DNA of 64,000 nucleotides from Candidatus Latescibacterota bacterium. Its GTDB lineage: Bacteria > Latescibacterota > UBA2968 > UBA8231. The position numbers were made by a program, and so were the translations under genes. The notes under the pieces were generated by a model. The model did not search any database. It was not told the origin of the DNA and worked only from the letters and a program-made list of their open reading frames with translations. This document shows, in pieces, positions 29,694 through 39,811 of the stretch (position 1 is the first letter of the stretch; every line of letters starts with the position of its first letter). The stretch covers positions 4,864,001-4,928,000 of the forward strand of contig OZ242214.1 of NCBI GenBank assembly GCA_965206595.1. The letters run 5' to 3'.

Positions 29694-31865
29694 TCAGCAG
29701 CGGCGCGTCCACTCGCTCAGGCGTCCCCGCCAGGGCTCGAACCAAGCCTTGCACTGCGCCAGCGATTCCGCGGCGACCAGCAGGGTGACGAAAGCCCGCG
29801 CCCTCTGCGGATCGGTGGTGAACAGCACCCCCCTCGATATCAGATCCCCCTCCGCTGTCGTTTGGATCGGGTGGCGCCGCCGCATCTCCCGGGCGAAGGC
29901 ATCGGCATTCTCGAAACCGGCTGCCTCGATATCGCGGACCCGCAGCATCAGCCAGAGGGCGGCGCCGGCCGCATGGACGCGCCGCGCCAGCTCCAGAGCA
30001 ACCGTGCCCATCGTCATGCGCGGATTCACCTCGATCACAGGCTTCAGCCTTAGCCGGCCGCCCGCCCGGTAGACCAGCGCGTCCACCCCGAGGGGCCCGC
30101 AAAAACCGGCTGCCTCCAGCCCGGGTTCCATGTGCCCGGCCAACTCTTCGTACAGACGCCGCAGGCGCCGGCTGTCGCGGCCGTCCCCGTACAGGAACCG
30201 GCGGGCGCCCTCGTCGAGCCCGGCTACCTTGCCGTGCAGGAAGGAGCCGAGGTACTGTCCGCGGCCGTCGGTGATGAACCTGGTAATGCCGAGCAGGCCG
30301 GCCTTCCCGTCTGCCCCGACCTCGTACTGGGCCGACAGGTCGGCCACCCCTTCCAGCAGCGGTTCGACAACCACGGCCCCTTGCTCCGCCAGCAGCCGCT
30401 CCACCCGACGCCATTTCGCTCCGTCCAGGCCGCCCTCCGCGTCTCCGGGATCCGCCGCGGTTTCGAGCCGGACCTGTCCGCGACCGGCAGCGCCGAAAGG
30501 AGCCTTGATCACGGCGCGGTTCCAGCCCCGTTCCCGCAGCAAGGCGAGCGCTTTTCCGACCTCTCCCGCGGACCCGCACCCCTGCCCGGCAACGTCGGGG
30601 CCGCACAGCCAGTCCTCCCGCCGGTCCTTGAGGAATTCCGCGAGCAAGGCCGCGCTCCATTCCTTTGAGTACAGCCGGCGCAGGGCGCTGCTCCACGCCG
30701 GAGCCTGCCCGGGACCGGCGACGTTGGCTCTAAGCGGTGCCAGCAGCTGCTCGCTGTCGGGGGCGACCCCCCATGGACGCAGGGCCTGGAGCTTGCGCCC
30801 TGAAAGCGGATGGCCGCCAAGCCCCTCCGGGGTGCTGTCGAACAGGGCGAACTCCGGAATCTCCAGTCCGGCGGCCTGCAGCTCCGACAAGTGCTCCCGC
30901 CGCGGCCGGCGCCTGACGAGGAGGACGTCTCCGGCGGCGCAGCCCAGGGCCGGCACCGTCTCCAGGTCTTCGGCCACCTGCGCCATCCACTTCGGCGGCG
31001 TCTGCACGGCGTCCAGGCCGGCGCAGCGGTCGCATGCCGGGTTGAACCAGAACACCGAGGGGCGCCGGCCCCGCGACTGGGAGTGGACCTGCAGCTCGCC
31101 GATGAAGGCCTCGGAAAGGCCCGCCTTCCTGCGCCCCTCGGCGTTGAAGCGGATTCCCTTGGCGCGGCCCGGGTCCAGCGGCGGCGCCAGGGCCCGGGTG
31201 TACGCCTCCCACTCGCCGAGGGCCGGGTCGCGCCAGCTGTTGAACCAGGTCAGGCCGTGCTTCACGTGGCCGATCTCGTCGCGGTAGATGCGCTCCATCA
31301 ACTGCGCCGTCTCCGCGTCCCCGAGCTCGCCGTACACCGAAGCGTAGTACGGGGCGTAGTCGAGGTTGGCCTGCTCCAGAGTGAGGCTGAGGCGGGTGAC
31401 GAACTCGATCGGCGTCGCCACCGGCGAGATGCAGCGCCAGAAAAAGTCGCTGACCGGGATCTCCCCGAACTCGACGCCGATGCCGCGCATGCGCTCGATG
31501 TAGAGGCGCAGGTGCTCCTGCTCCTCCCGCAGGATGCCGTAGAGGCCGCGCCGGAACTTCTCCGGGGCGTCGGGAAACTTCAGCAGCGCCAGCGCCATCA
31601 GCTCGATGGCGAGAAGCTCGTGGTTGGCGAAGAAATGCAGGACGAGGCCGCGCTCCTTTTCGCTGTGGAACCCCCGCACCTCGCGGAAGCGGACGCGGTC
31701 GCGATCGTTCCAGCCGCCCAGTGCCAGGGACAGGGGACGCCCCGGTTCACTTGGCGCGGCGATGGCGCTGCCCGGGTCGCGGCCTCGATAGCGGCCGCCG
31801 TCGATCAGCTTGTCCTCGAGGGTGGTGCCGAAGAGCACCTGTTCGGCGAATTCCCTGGTTTCCAT
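29694..31865 (-). CDS. DUF455 ferritin-like domain fused to an ATP-grasp domain
   Basis: N-terminal ANHELLAIE, EEQEH, LEQANLD, DEIGHV (di-iron ExxH). C-terminal VIKAPFGAAGRG, VVVEP, GVDAL, IEVNPRMTMG. Confidence 0.75.
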   Translation of the reverse strand: METREFAEQVLFGTTLEDKLIDGGRYRGRDPGSAIAAPSEPGRPLSLALGGWNDRDRVRFREVRGFHSEKERGLVLHFFANHELLAIELMALALLKFPDAPEKFRRGLYGILREEQEHLRLYIERMRGIGVEFGEIPVSDFFWRCISPVATPIEFVTRLSLTLEQANLDYAPYYASVYGELGDAETAQLMERIYRDEIGHVKHGLTWFNSWRDPALGEWEAYTRALAPPLDPGRAKGIRFNAEGRRKAGLSEAFIGELQVHSQSRGRRPSVFWFNPACDRCAGLDAVQTPPKWMAQVAEDLETVPALGCAAGDVLLVRRRPRREHLSELQAAGLEIPEFALFDSTPEGLGGHPLSGRKLQALRPWGVAPDSEQLLAPLRANVAGPGQAPAWSSALRRLYSKEWSAALLAEFLKDRREDWLCGPDVAGQGCGSAGEVGKALALLRERGWNRAVIKAPFGAAGRGQVRLETAADPGDAEGGLDGAKWRRVERLLAEQGAVVVEPLLEGVADLSAQYEVGADGKAGLLGITRFITDGRGQYLGSFLHGKVAGLDEGARRFLYGDGRDSRRLRRLYEELAGHMEPGLEAAGFCGPLGVDALVYRAGGRLRLKPVIEVNPRMTMGTVALELARRVHAAGAALWLMLRVRDIEAAGFENADAFAREMRRRHPIQTTAEGDLISRGVLFTTDPQRARAFVTLLVAAESLAQCKAWFEPWRGRLSEWTRRC

Positions 31866-32113
31866 GGTGTCGTCGCGCGAGCAAAATAGGCGGTCACGCC
31901 GACATAACCCGTAAATTCCCGGTGGGGGAATATTCCGTCCTGCATGCCCACCAACGGGAGGTTAGGAGGCAAATTCAGACTGGGGTTGAGGCGGAGCCCC
32001 CTAAGAGGAGACATCCCCAGGCGTCAAGCCCGTAGTCCCGTGGACGGCTTGGCCTGATCCCTGTTACCAATGGAACCGGTACCAGTAGAAAGGAATAGGA
32101 GGGTCGACTAACC

Positions 32114-33088
32114 ATGCCCCACGTTTTCATGTCCTATTCGCACGTAGATGAAACCCTGCGAAACGAGCTGGAAAAGCACCTTTCCGGTCTTCGGCGACAG
32201 GGGGTAATCACGACTTGGCACGACCGCAGGATCGGTCCCGGAGAAGATCTTCACGGTCAGATCAGCGTCCAGCTCAACACCGCGAACATCATTTTGCTCC
32301 TGGTCAGCGCGGACTTTCTCAACTCCGACTATTGCTATGACGTCGAGTTGATTCGGGCAATGGAACGCCACGAACAAGGCGATGCGCGCATTTTACCGGT
32401 AATCCTACGACCGTGTGATTGGCATGGGGCGCCGTTCGGCAAGTTGAGGGCTGTGCCCGCTGACGGAAAACCTGTGGTCAAACACGCAACTTTGGACGAA
32501 GGATTCCTCGAGGTTGCCCAAGCAATTCGCGAAGTGGCAGGCGAAACCAGCCGGATTACCGCCCCAAGCGCTTCGAAGCCCGTCTCGGATGGTGAAGGTA
32601 TAGCACCCCGGGATCCCCGTTCGAGCAACCTCAGAGTAAGGAGGGATTTCGCCGACCATGACCGCTACGCTTTTCTCCGCGGCGCCTTCGAGTACATTTC
32701 CCGCTTTTTTGAGAACTCTTTGAGCGAGCTCCAAGAGCGAAACGAACAAGTGGAATCCGATTTCCGAAAGATTGATGCCAACAGGTTCGAGGCAAAAGCT
32801 TTTGTTGGTGGTGAAGAGCAGGGCTTTTGCGATATCTGGCTCGGCGGGTTATCGCGCACGGAGGGTCTGTTTTTCTCATTCGGTGGAATGGGCAACGGCA
32901 GCTATAATGAGTCTATGTCGGTGGATGACGATGGCTACACGTTGTTCCTAAAGCCACTGGGAATGGCCCGCCTAGGCCAACAACATGACGATGAACTCAC
33001 CATGGAGGGCGCTGCCGAATATTTCTGGGACCTATTTGTAGAAAGACTAAAGGTAGAGCACGTGAGGAGATACCTGGGGAAGCGTTGA
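32114..33088 (+). CDS. TIR-domain protein with an uncharacterised C-terminal domain
   Basis: VFMSYSH, WHDRRIGPG, LLVSADFLNSDYCYDVE (catalytic Glu position), PVILRPCDW. Confidence 0.88.
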   Translation: MPHVFMSYSHVDETLRNELEKHLSGLRRQGVITTWHDRRIGPGEDLHGQISVQLNTANIILLLVSADFLNSDYCYDVELIRAMERHEQGDARILPVILRPCDWHGAPFGKLRAVPADGKPVVKHATLDEGFLEVAQAIREVAGETSRITAPSASKPVSDGEGIAPRDPRSSNLRVRRDFADHDRYAFLRGAFEYISRFFENSLSELQERNEQVESDFRKIDANRFEAKAFVGGEEQGFCDIWLGGLSRTEGLFFSFGGMGNGSYNESMSVDDDGYTLFLKPLGMARLGQQHDDELTMEGAAEYFWDLFVERLKVEHVRRYLGKR

Positions 33089-33589
33089 TTTCCTCGTCTG
33101 CTTCCTTGAGGAGCAGATCGGCGGTCGAGCCGGCTTGCCAAGCAATCAAACCAATCCTCAAGGACCTATGGAGACTCCGGCATCCTTCTGCGGTCCTGTT
33201 CCAGCCAGACCTGTGGATCTTCGGTTAGTGCCAGATCTGGGTGGTCACCCCGAAGACGGTAAGGCCAAAATGAACCGCGGCGCCCGGTCCGAGGGCCCTG
33301 TTGTCTGTTGGGCCCTTCCGACTGCCGGATTCCTCCCAATTCACGACCATCATCATCCGCCTCGCTCCCGCCCAATAACGCCCGGGCATTCCTCTACACC
33401 GTAACGGAACGGAACGACGTCACCTATTTTTTCGCTACCATCTGGAGGTCTTAACGGCTCTCTGCAGGCCCCACCGACTGCTCGAACTGGCCAAGCCGGG
33501 CTGCTGGACGCCCGCAAAATCAGGAATCAGTGGTACTTCAACCCCGTTGAGGATTGGAAGGCCGCCTTTCCGGGACCCGTGGAAGCGTA

Positions 33590-33800
33590 GGAGAGTGAGG
33601 CGGGGCGGGGGACCAGATCCATCATGTCGGTCCAGAGTTGGGGTAGACGTAGCAGTTCGACAGCGGCGGCCCCCCCGGGGTGGGTGATCAGCCTGACGTC
33701 GTGGTTCTCCGCGGCCGGGGCCAGGGCCCACAGGATTTCCATGGACCGCTGCCAGTGATCCTCGATGGAGACCCAGGGCTCGGCGACGAAATGGGTCCGC
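33590..33800 (-). pseudogene. Degraded mannonate-dehydratase-like fragment
   Basis: SIEDHWQRSMEILWALAPAAENHDVRLITHP resembles the UxuA segment seen at 7666-8646 (ADEMW...LPVAEEAGVRLALHP). Confidence 0.4.
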
Positions 33801-34012
33801 ACGGCCCAAAATACCCAAAACGGCTTCACAAACGTCATACTTAGAGGAAGAGAATTCCCTGCGAGTACCGGCAGCACTCAAGTGTGTTCAATGACAGGGG
33901 GCCACCCGCGCTCGCATATTCCCCCAGTGGGCGAAAGCCTTCGGTATCTGTCACCGCCTGAAGGAATTTCGTAGACTGCTGGTCAAACCTGCCTGACTAC
34001 CTGCACGCAACC

Positions 34013-35341
34013 ATGCCGATCGAGGTTTTTTCCAACACTGCCCGTTCCCGGGAGAGCCAGAACAAGCTGCGGCCGGAAGACAAGGCGATCCACGAATGGT
34101 ACCGGTTCGTTCTGTCGTTCCCGCCGCACTTGGTTCAGGACTATGTAGACCGTTTCGGCGTCGCTGCCGCGGACACGGTTCTCGACCCCTTCTGTGGAAC
34201 GGGCACGACATTGGTCGAGTGCAAGAAACTCGGTATCGGCAGCGTCGGCATCGAGTCGACCCCGATGCCCCATTTCGCGAGCTCCGTGAAGGTCGATTGG
34301 TCGGTCGAATCCACAGAACTCCAGGACTATTCCCGGGAGGTTGTGTCGTCTGCGAGAAGGACTCTGAAGCAGCAGGGGATCGACGAATGGGACGATACTC
34401 CTCTATTTGCTGCGAAGAAAAGCCGCCGCTCTTCGCTGCGAGGACTTCCTCCGGAACAGTCGAAACTGTTGCTGAAGGACTCGATCAGCCCGTTGCCACT
34501 GCACAAGACGCTGGTACTACTGGACTCCATCGACCGGCACGGAAACAGCCGGGTGCAGCAATACGGACGACTCGCGCTCGCGAACGCGCTGGTTCACCGT
34601 ATCGGCAACCTGAAGTTCGGCCCGGAAGTGGGAGTGGGTCAGATCAAGAAGGACGCTCCGGTTTCGGAGGCCTGGCTCGACAGCATACGGACCATGATCC
34701 ATGACCTTCGTCTAAACAAAGACCAGGCTGACGTGCCTGCGCGGGTTATCAAGGCAGACTCCCGGGGAGCCGGCCAAGTCCTGAGACCTCAGTCCATAGA
34801 TGCCGTAATTACCTCCCCGCCGTACCCGAACGAGAAGGACTACACCCGTACCACCCGCCTGGAATCCGTCATCTTGGGACTCATAAGTGACAAAAAGGAA
34901 TTGCGGTCTCTGAAACAAACCCTGATCAGGTCCAATACCAGGGGGGTGTATAAATCCGACACGGATGATCGCGAGGTTGCCGACAACGTCGAGATACGGA
35001 ATATCGCCGACGCCATCGAAAGACGCCGTATTGAGCTGGGCAAGACATCTGGATTCGAGCGTCTGTACCCGCGGGTAACCCAGCTGTACTTCGGCGGAAT
35101 GGCACGGCATCTTTCCTCCCTCAGACCAGTCCTCAGGCCGGGGGCAAAGCTCGCCTACGTGGTGGGTGACCAGGCTTCCTATTTGAGAGTAATGATCCGC
35201 ACTGGACAGCTGCTTGCGGATCTCGCCCGATCCCTGAACTACAAAGTCACCGGCATCGACCTGTTTCGGACCAGACCCTCAACGGTTACGGGCGATCAGC
35301 TTCGAGAAGAGGTCATTCTCCTGGAATGGCAGGGCAACTGA
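34013..35341 (+). CDS. Amino-group DNA methyltransferase (likely N4-cytosine)
   Basis: LDPFCGTGTT (motif I) precedes ITSPPY (motif IV). Confidence 0.9.
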   Translation: MPIEVFSNTARSRESQNKLRPEDKAIHEWYRFVLSFPPHLVQDYVDRFGVAAADTVLDPFCGTGTTLVECKKLGIGSVGIESTPMPHFASSVKVDWSVESTELQDYSREVVSSARRTLKQQGIDEWDDTPLFAAKKSRRSSLRGLPPEQSKLLLKDSISPLPLHKTLVLLDSIDRHGNSRVQQYGRLALANALVHRIGNLKFGPEVGVGQIKKDAPVSEAWLDSIRTMIHDLRLNKDQADVPARVIKADSRGAGQVLRPQSIDAVITSPPYPNEKDYTRTTRLESVILGLISDKKELRSLKQTLIRSNTRGVYKSDTDDREVADNVEIRNIADAIERRRIELGKTSGFERLYPRVTQLYFGGMARHLSSLRPVLRPGAKLAYVVGDQASYLRVMIRTGQLLADLARSLNYKVTGIDLFRTRPSTVTGDQLREEVILLEWQGN

Positions 35342-35357
35342 CCGAGAGGGGGGAATC

Positions 35358-36161
35358 ATTCCTTCTAAGAATCTCTATACAGCTATCATCGAGGCGATTT
35401 TCCACGCCAAGTATGAAAGCGGACAACGGGAGGTGAACTTCGAACGAGAGGAGATTTCCGAGTTCGCTTCCAATTTGAATATCCGCCTGCCCAAGAACTT
35501 GGGCGATGTGATCTACAGTTTCCGGTACAGAACGGATCTCCCTTCCAGCATTCTGGAAAAAGCACCTTCCGGAGAAACCTGGATCATCCGCCCGGCTGGG
35601 AGGAGCAAATACCGCTTTGCCCTTGTCAGCGACCGACCCCTTGCTCCCAACCGAAACTACGCGTCTACGAAAATACCCGACTCGACTCCGGGAATAATCG
35701 CCAAGTACGCATTCAGCGACGAACAGGCCGTGTTGGCCCGCGTTCGCTACAATCGGCTGATCGACATTTTCCTCGGAATCGCCTGTTACTCCCTTCAAAA
35801 TCATTTGCGGACGACGGTCCGCGGTATTGGACAGGTAGAAACGGACGAGATTTACGTCGGCCTAGATAAGAGCGGATCTCACTACGTGGTGCCTGTTCAG
35901 GCCAAGGGTGGAAACGACAGTCTCAACAGAGTACAAATCGAGCAGGACATTGCCCTTTGTGAGAACAAGCTGCCGTCTCTGATCTGCCGGCCCGTAGGAA
36001 CCCAGCTAATGCAGGATGACCTGATCGCGCTCTTCGAGTTCGAGCAGGAAGGCGAGGATGTAAAGGTGATATCGGAGAAGCACTACCAGTTGGTGCCGCC
36101 CGATGCCGTCAGCTTGGAGGACTTGGAAAAGTACCGGAAGCGATTGTCCGACGGGATGTAA
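35358..36161 (+). CDS. Probable type II restriction endonuclease (PD-(D/E)xK fold)
   Basis: Directly after the MTase; QVETDEIYVG...VPVQAKG catalytic-like motif. The frame opens at ATT 35358 after a GAGAGGGGGG RBS. Confidence 0.75.
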   Translation: MPSKNLYTAIIEAIFHAKYESGQREVNFEREEISEFASNLNIRLPKNLGDVIYSFRYRTDLPSSILEKAPSGETWIIRPAGRSKYRFALVSDRPLAPNRNYASTKIPDSTPGIIAKYAFSDEQAVLARVRYNRLIDIFLGIACYSLQNHLRTTVRGIGQVETDEIYVGLDKSGSHYVVPVQAKGGNDSLNRVQIEQDIALCENKLPSLICRPVGTQLMQDDLIALFEFEQEGEDVKVISEKHYQLVPPDAVSLEDLEKYRKRLSDGM

Positions 36162-36226
36162 TCGAGCGCCTTTGCAGGCGAGGATCGCGACCGTCAGGGA
36201 GGGCAGCGCCGGACCGCCGGGTCCAC

Positions 36227-36625
36227 CTACGGCTGACCCGCGGTCAGGGCGCGCGCGGCAACCATTCCGGCGGAGGTGGCCAGCAGGCAGCCGCCGACGC
36301 TCAAGCCGATGTTGGCGAGCAAGGCCGGCCAGCGGTCTTCGTTCCACAGCTGGACAGATTCGTAGCTGAACGCCGAAAACGTGGTGAAGGCGCCGAGAAA
36401 GCCGGCCATCACCAGCAACCTCACCGCGGCCCCGGCGAGCAACCGGTCGGCCAGCCCGGCCGCCAGGAAGCCGATCGCCAGCGACCCGATAACATTCACC
36501 GCCAGGGTGCCGTAGGGGAACTGTCCTGCGTGGGCGCCGATCCATCCGCTCAGGAGAAACCTCCCGGCGGCGCCAAAGAACCCGCCGACGCCGACCAGCG
36601 CCCCGTCCCGCAACAACTCGCTCAT
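36227..36625 (-). CDS. crcB: Fluoride channel FluC/CrcB
   Basis: GGFFGAAGR, FPYGTLAVN, GFLGAFTTFSAF. Confidence 0.93.
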   Translation of the reverse strand: MSELLRDGALVGVGGFFGAAGRFLLSGWIGAHAGQFPYGTLAVNVIGSLAIGFLAAGLADRLLAGAAVRLLVMAGFLGAFTTFSAFSYESVQLWNEDRWPALLANIGLSVGGCLLATSAGMVAARALTAGQP

Positions 36626-37039
36626 CCGTGGCCCCCACTCGTCACCAGATTGGCCAACCCCATCAGCAACCTCTCATGTTCGTGTACCCTGGTTCCGTCT
36701 TCCGGCGTGTGATGCCAGCCCGGCGAGCGTCGCCCTGACACACCGGTCGGGAGCCGTCTACCGGCTGTCGACCCGAATACACCGATTTTCGGCTCGCATC
36801 CTTACTACATTTAGAACGGAATAGCAATTGATTAGCGGCCCGCTTCGCGGATGCGCAATTGGAATCGGGGAACCGTTTCGGATTCGGCCGGCCGGCAACC
36901 GTATCAGGCGGTAACGCGGATCCCCGTCATTGCAGGAACCACCCCATCCTATTGGCGCGTCCCTTCCAAGACGCAATCATTGTGCCCCTTGGTTCGTTAA
37001 AGAGGCAAGTCCCATCACCCATCAACAAGGAGAAAGACC

Positions 37040-37444
37040 GTGCGCATCGCCATCGCCCTCAGCCTCGCCATCCTCCTCACCACCTCTGCTCACTCCGCCG
37101 ACGACCCTGCCATCCCGAAAGAGGACAAGGCGGTGGTGCAGAAGGCCATGCAGGAGCACATCGCCGCGAATCGCGTCGGTGAGCAGTATATCATCTATGA
37201 TGGAGTCTCAGGGGAGCTCCTGCGCCTCAGTTTCGTCGAGCTCCATGCCGGTGTCGTCCGCAAGGGGGAGTTCTACGTGAGCTGCGCCGACTTCACCGCC
37301 GCCGATAGCACCAGGATCGACGTCGACTTCCTCGTCGCCGGCGACAAGGACGACCTGCGGGTTCTCGACGCCATCGTCCACAAGGTCGGCGACACCAAGC
37401 GTCCCTACCGCGTCGAAGACATGCCGGACGAATCGAAGGATTGA
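37040..37444 (+). CDS. Secreted hypothetical protein
   Basis: AAGGAG RBS, signal peptide ending AHS, native codon usage. Confidence 0.7.
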   Translation: MRIAIALSLAILLTTSAHSADDPAIPKEDKAVVQKAMQEHIAANRVGEQYIIYDGVSGELLRLSFVELHAGVVRKGEFYVSCADFTAADSTRIDVDFLVAGDKDDLRVLDAIVHKVGDTKRPYRVEDMPDESKD

Positions 37445-37697
37445 GGGAGCTGATCCAGGCTGGATACGGCTATGCACCCGGCCCGACGGAGGATCTGCAC
37501 CTGGACCGGGTCGATCTGACACAAGCCCTGTCGCGCCTGCGGCCCGAGGAACGCGAGGCGATCCAGCTGCAGGCTCCCGTCAACTGAGACCACCTCATCA
37601 TCGAGACCCGTGCCGGTATCGGCCTGCCCCGTCGGATTGATTCTGTCGGGCGATTTGTTATCATTACGACATGATGTGATAACATGGAGCCACTGGA

Positions 37698-37949
37698 ATG
37701 GTTCGAACACAGATTCAGTTGACCGACGAACAGGCGCGGCACGTCAAGCGGATCGCCGCCGAGCGGCAGGTTTCGATGGCGACGGTGATTCGCCAGGGGG
37801 TCGATCTCCTGCTGCGTTCGACGGAGACAGCCCCAACCGATGACGAGCGCATCGAACGTGCGCTATCGGTGGCAGGCCAATTCCGATCCGGCGGCGGCGA
37901 TGGGGCCGCGCAACATGACCTCCACCTGCAGGGTGCCTACCGCAGGTGA
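37698..37949 (+). CDS. RHH/CopG-type antitoxin (VapB-like)
   Basis: MVRTQIQLT...SMATVIR; GTGA overlap with the PIN gene. Confidence 0.82.
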   Translation: MVRTQIQLTDEQARHVKRIAAERQVSMATVIRQGVDLLLRSTETAPTDDERIERALSVAGQFRSGGGDGAAQHDLHLQGAYRR

Positions 37950-38380
37950 GTGTCCTCGTAGATACCTCCGCGCTTTACGCCGTTCTCGATGCCGACGACG
38001 ATCAGCATCCGCGGGCAATCGCTGAATGGCACCGCCTCGTGCGCGGCGCATTCTCCCTCGTGACGACCAGCTATATCCTCGTGGAGACGACGGCCCTCAT
38101 CCAGCACCGGCTTGGGATGGATGCCGTTCGCGCGCTCGATCAGGACATCAGACCCGTCCTGCGGGTCGAGTGGATTGACGAAGGTCTGCACTCCATCGGG
38201 ATGGCCTCCATGCTCGCCGCCGGTCGCAGACGCCTGAGCCTCGTTGACTGCGTCAGTTTTGCTTTCATGTCCCGTGCAGGGCTGCGGGAAGTTTTTGCCT
38301 TCGACGAGCACTTCGCCGAACGGGGCTTCTCGTGCATCCCATCGGACGCTTCCACGACGATCGAGGCTCCCGATCCGTAA
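37946..38380 (+). CDS. vapC: PIN-domain toxin (VapC)
   Basis: VDTSAL, ILVET, SLVDCVSF, AFDEHF. Confidence 0.88.
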   Translation: MSVLVDTSALYAVLDADDDQHPRAIAEWHRLVRGAFSLVTTSYILVETTALIQHRLGMDAVRALDQDIRPVLRVEWIDEGLHSIGMASMLAAGRRRLSLVDCVSFAFMSRAGLREVFAFDEHFAERGFSCIPSDASTTIEAPDP

Positions 38381-38464
38381 CAGGGGGGCGAGTCTGAGAC
38401 CCACCCTTGAGGAACACGGAGCTACCAACGCGAAGGCTGCGTGGGCATGCCAAAGCCCCCAAAG

Positions 38465-39682
38465 TCAGGCCAACCCGCCGACCAGACTCTGAACCGATGT
38501 TTCGAGTTCATGGGTTATCTGTTCTACCGTTTCCCTCCTCTGAGCACGGTAGGTGTCATAACATTCGCGGAGGTTTTCAGGTTCACCGACGCGGACCGAT
38601 GCCACCCGCGGTCCACGCATTTCCGACCTGCCGAATACTTCCCTTTCAAGACGGAGAATCACATCGAGAAACCGCTCCTGGGACGGCTCTTCGGCAACAT
38701 ACCCGTCAGTTATCGATATGAAATTGATCAACCGCTCCAGGTCGGGATAGAACTGTTGAAATTTCCGGAGCTGCTCTTCATGTATTTTCCGTTCGTACTC
38801 CGTCATCTGCTCAACTTCCCGATAGACTTGGGCATCCACCATGTTTTTCAACGCACGTGTCCTTGTGAGTATGTCGGCTTCAGTCCGGATATCCAAAATC
38901 CCTTCGGCACGTGACAGGATCGCATCTTTCAACCTTTCGATATGTACATCGAGGGCCACGGTTTCATCTATCTCGTACTGATATTCCGATGCGAGTGTCC
39001 TGAATACCGCGACACCGATGCGGCGCAACCGATCGTAGCGTTCCACCGGCGTCCGTTCGGCAGGCGGGAGAATATGCCGTTCCAACCTCGTGAGAGCGGC
39101 ATCGATGGAGTTCCACATGTCCCGCGGATAATGGTATTTGATGCCGACGGGAACAACGTAGAGCGGCTTTTCGACTTCCGCTTTTTCCATATCGTCCAAA
39201 GCCCAGAAGCACATCTGTACGATGCCTCTCTCAAAACGCATGACGGTGTCGTTCTGGCGCGAAATTTCCCCTTCTCCAAAGATGACAATCGGCCAGTCCC
39301 CCTTGAACAACAGCTTCCGCGTGGTCCGGAAGGCATCCCTGTCTACAGTGCCGCGCACGACCGAGTACACACCGACCCGTTGCAGCAGACAGCATCTGAC
39401 AGCCCCGAACCTTCCCTTTTCGAAGACTTCCCGAGCCGCCATGTAGTAGAACGGTTGCGATAACCGCTTCGACAGGAGAAACATGACCACGGGATCTTCG
39501 TGCGCCGGATGGTTGGGGGCCAGCACCGCGGAATGCCCATGTATCGCCTCCAACCGGGCAAGGGACTCCGCATCGATATCCAGCGTCAACCCTTTCAGAT
39601 ACCAGCGATTCGCAAGCGGTATCAGGGCTCGTAAAATTTGGCTCGTTGTCTTACTCGGTTGAGGTGGTTTGAAATCCAACAT
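38465..39682 (-). CDS. PlsC-family glycerolipid acyltransferase
   Basis: NHPAHED (HX4D), FGEG, VPVGIKY. Confidence 0.85.
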   Translation of the reverse strand: MLDFKPPQPSKTTSQILRALIPLANRWYLKGLTLDIDAESLARLEAIHGHSAVLAPNHPAHEDPVVMFLLSKRLSQPFYYMAAREVFEKGRFGAVRCCLLQRVGVYSVVRGTVDRDAFRTTRKLLFKGDWPIVIFGEGEISRQNDTVMRFERGIVQMCFWALDDMEKAEVEKPLYVVPVGIKYHYPRDMWNSIDAALTRLERHILPPAERTPVERYDRLRRIGVAVFRTLASEYQYEIDETVALDVHIERLKDAILSRAEGILDIRTEADILTRTRALKNMVDAQVYREVEQMTEYERKIHEEQLRKFQQFYPDLERLINFISITDGYVAEEPSQERFLDVILRLEREVFGRSEMRGPRVASVRVGEPENLRECYDTYRAQRRETVEQITHELETSVQSLVGGLA

Positions 39683-39811
39683 CCTGTCCTGTCTTTGCGT
39701 CAGACGGTGTGTTGCTACTTAGCGCTCGTCGCTGATGTCAAGGTAACCGGGGAGGGCCGGGTCGGTAGCCCGACGTCTTTCGGGCAGGTATTCTCCCGTC
39801 CGATATTCCCG

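Noticed and set aside
31870-32060. Structured RNA (c-di-GMP riboswitch-like) between the DUF455 fusion and TIR
   Set aside because: Hairpins are possible, but the GNRA tetraloop and receptor consensus are not present.
33103-33164. 10-bp inverted repeat TCCTTGAGGA/TCCTCAAGGA after the TIR gene as a retron ncRNA
   Set aside because: No reverse transcriptase nearby; a single short inverted repeat is insufficient.
36626-36760. Fluoride riboswitch upstream of crcB
   Set aside because: GCTGATGGGGTTGGCC only loosely resembles the GGCGATGG..TTCGCC core, and the downstream pseudoknot partner is not evident.
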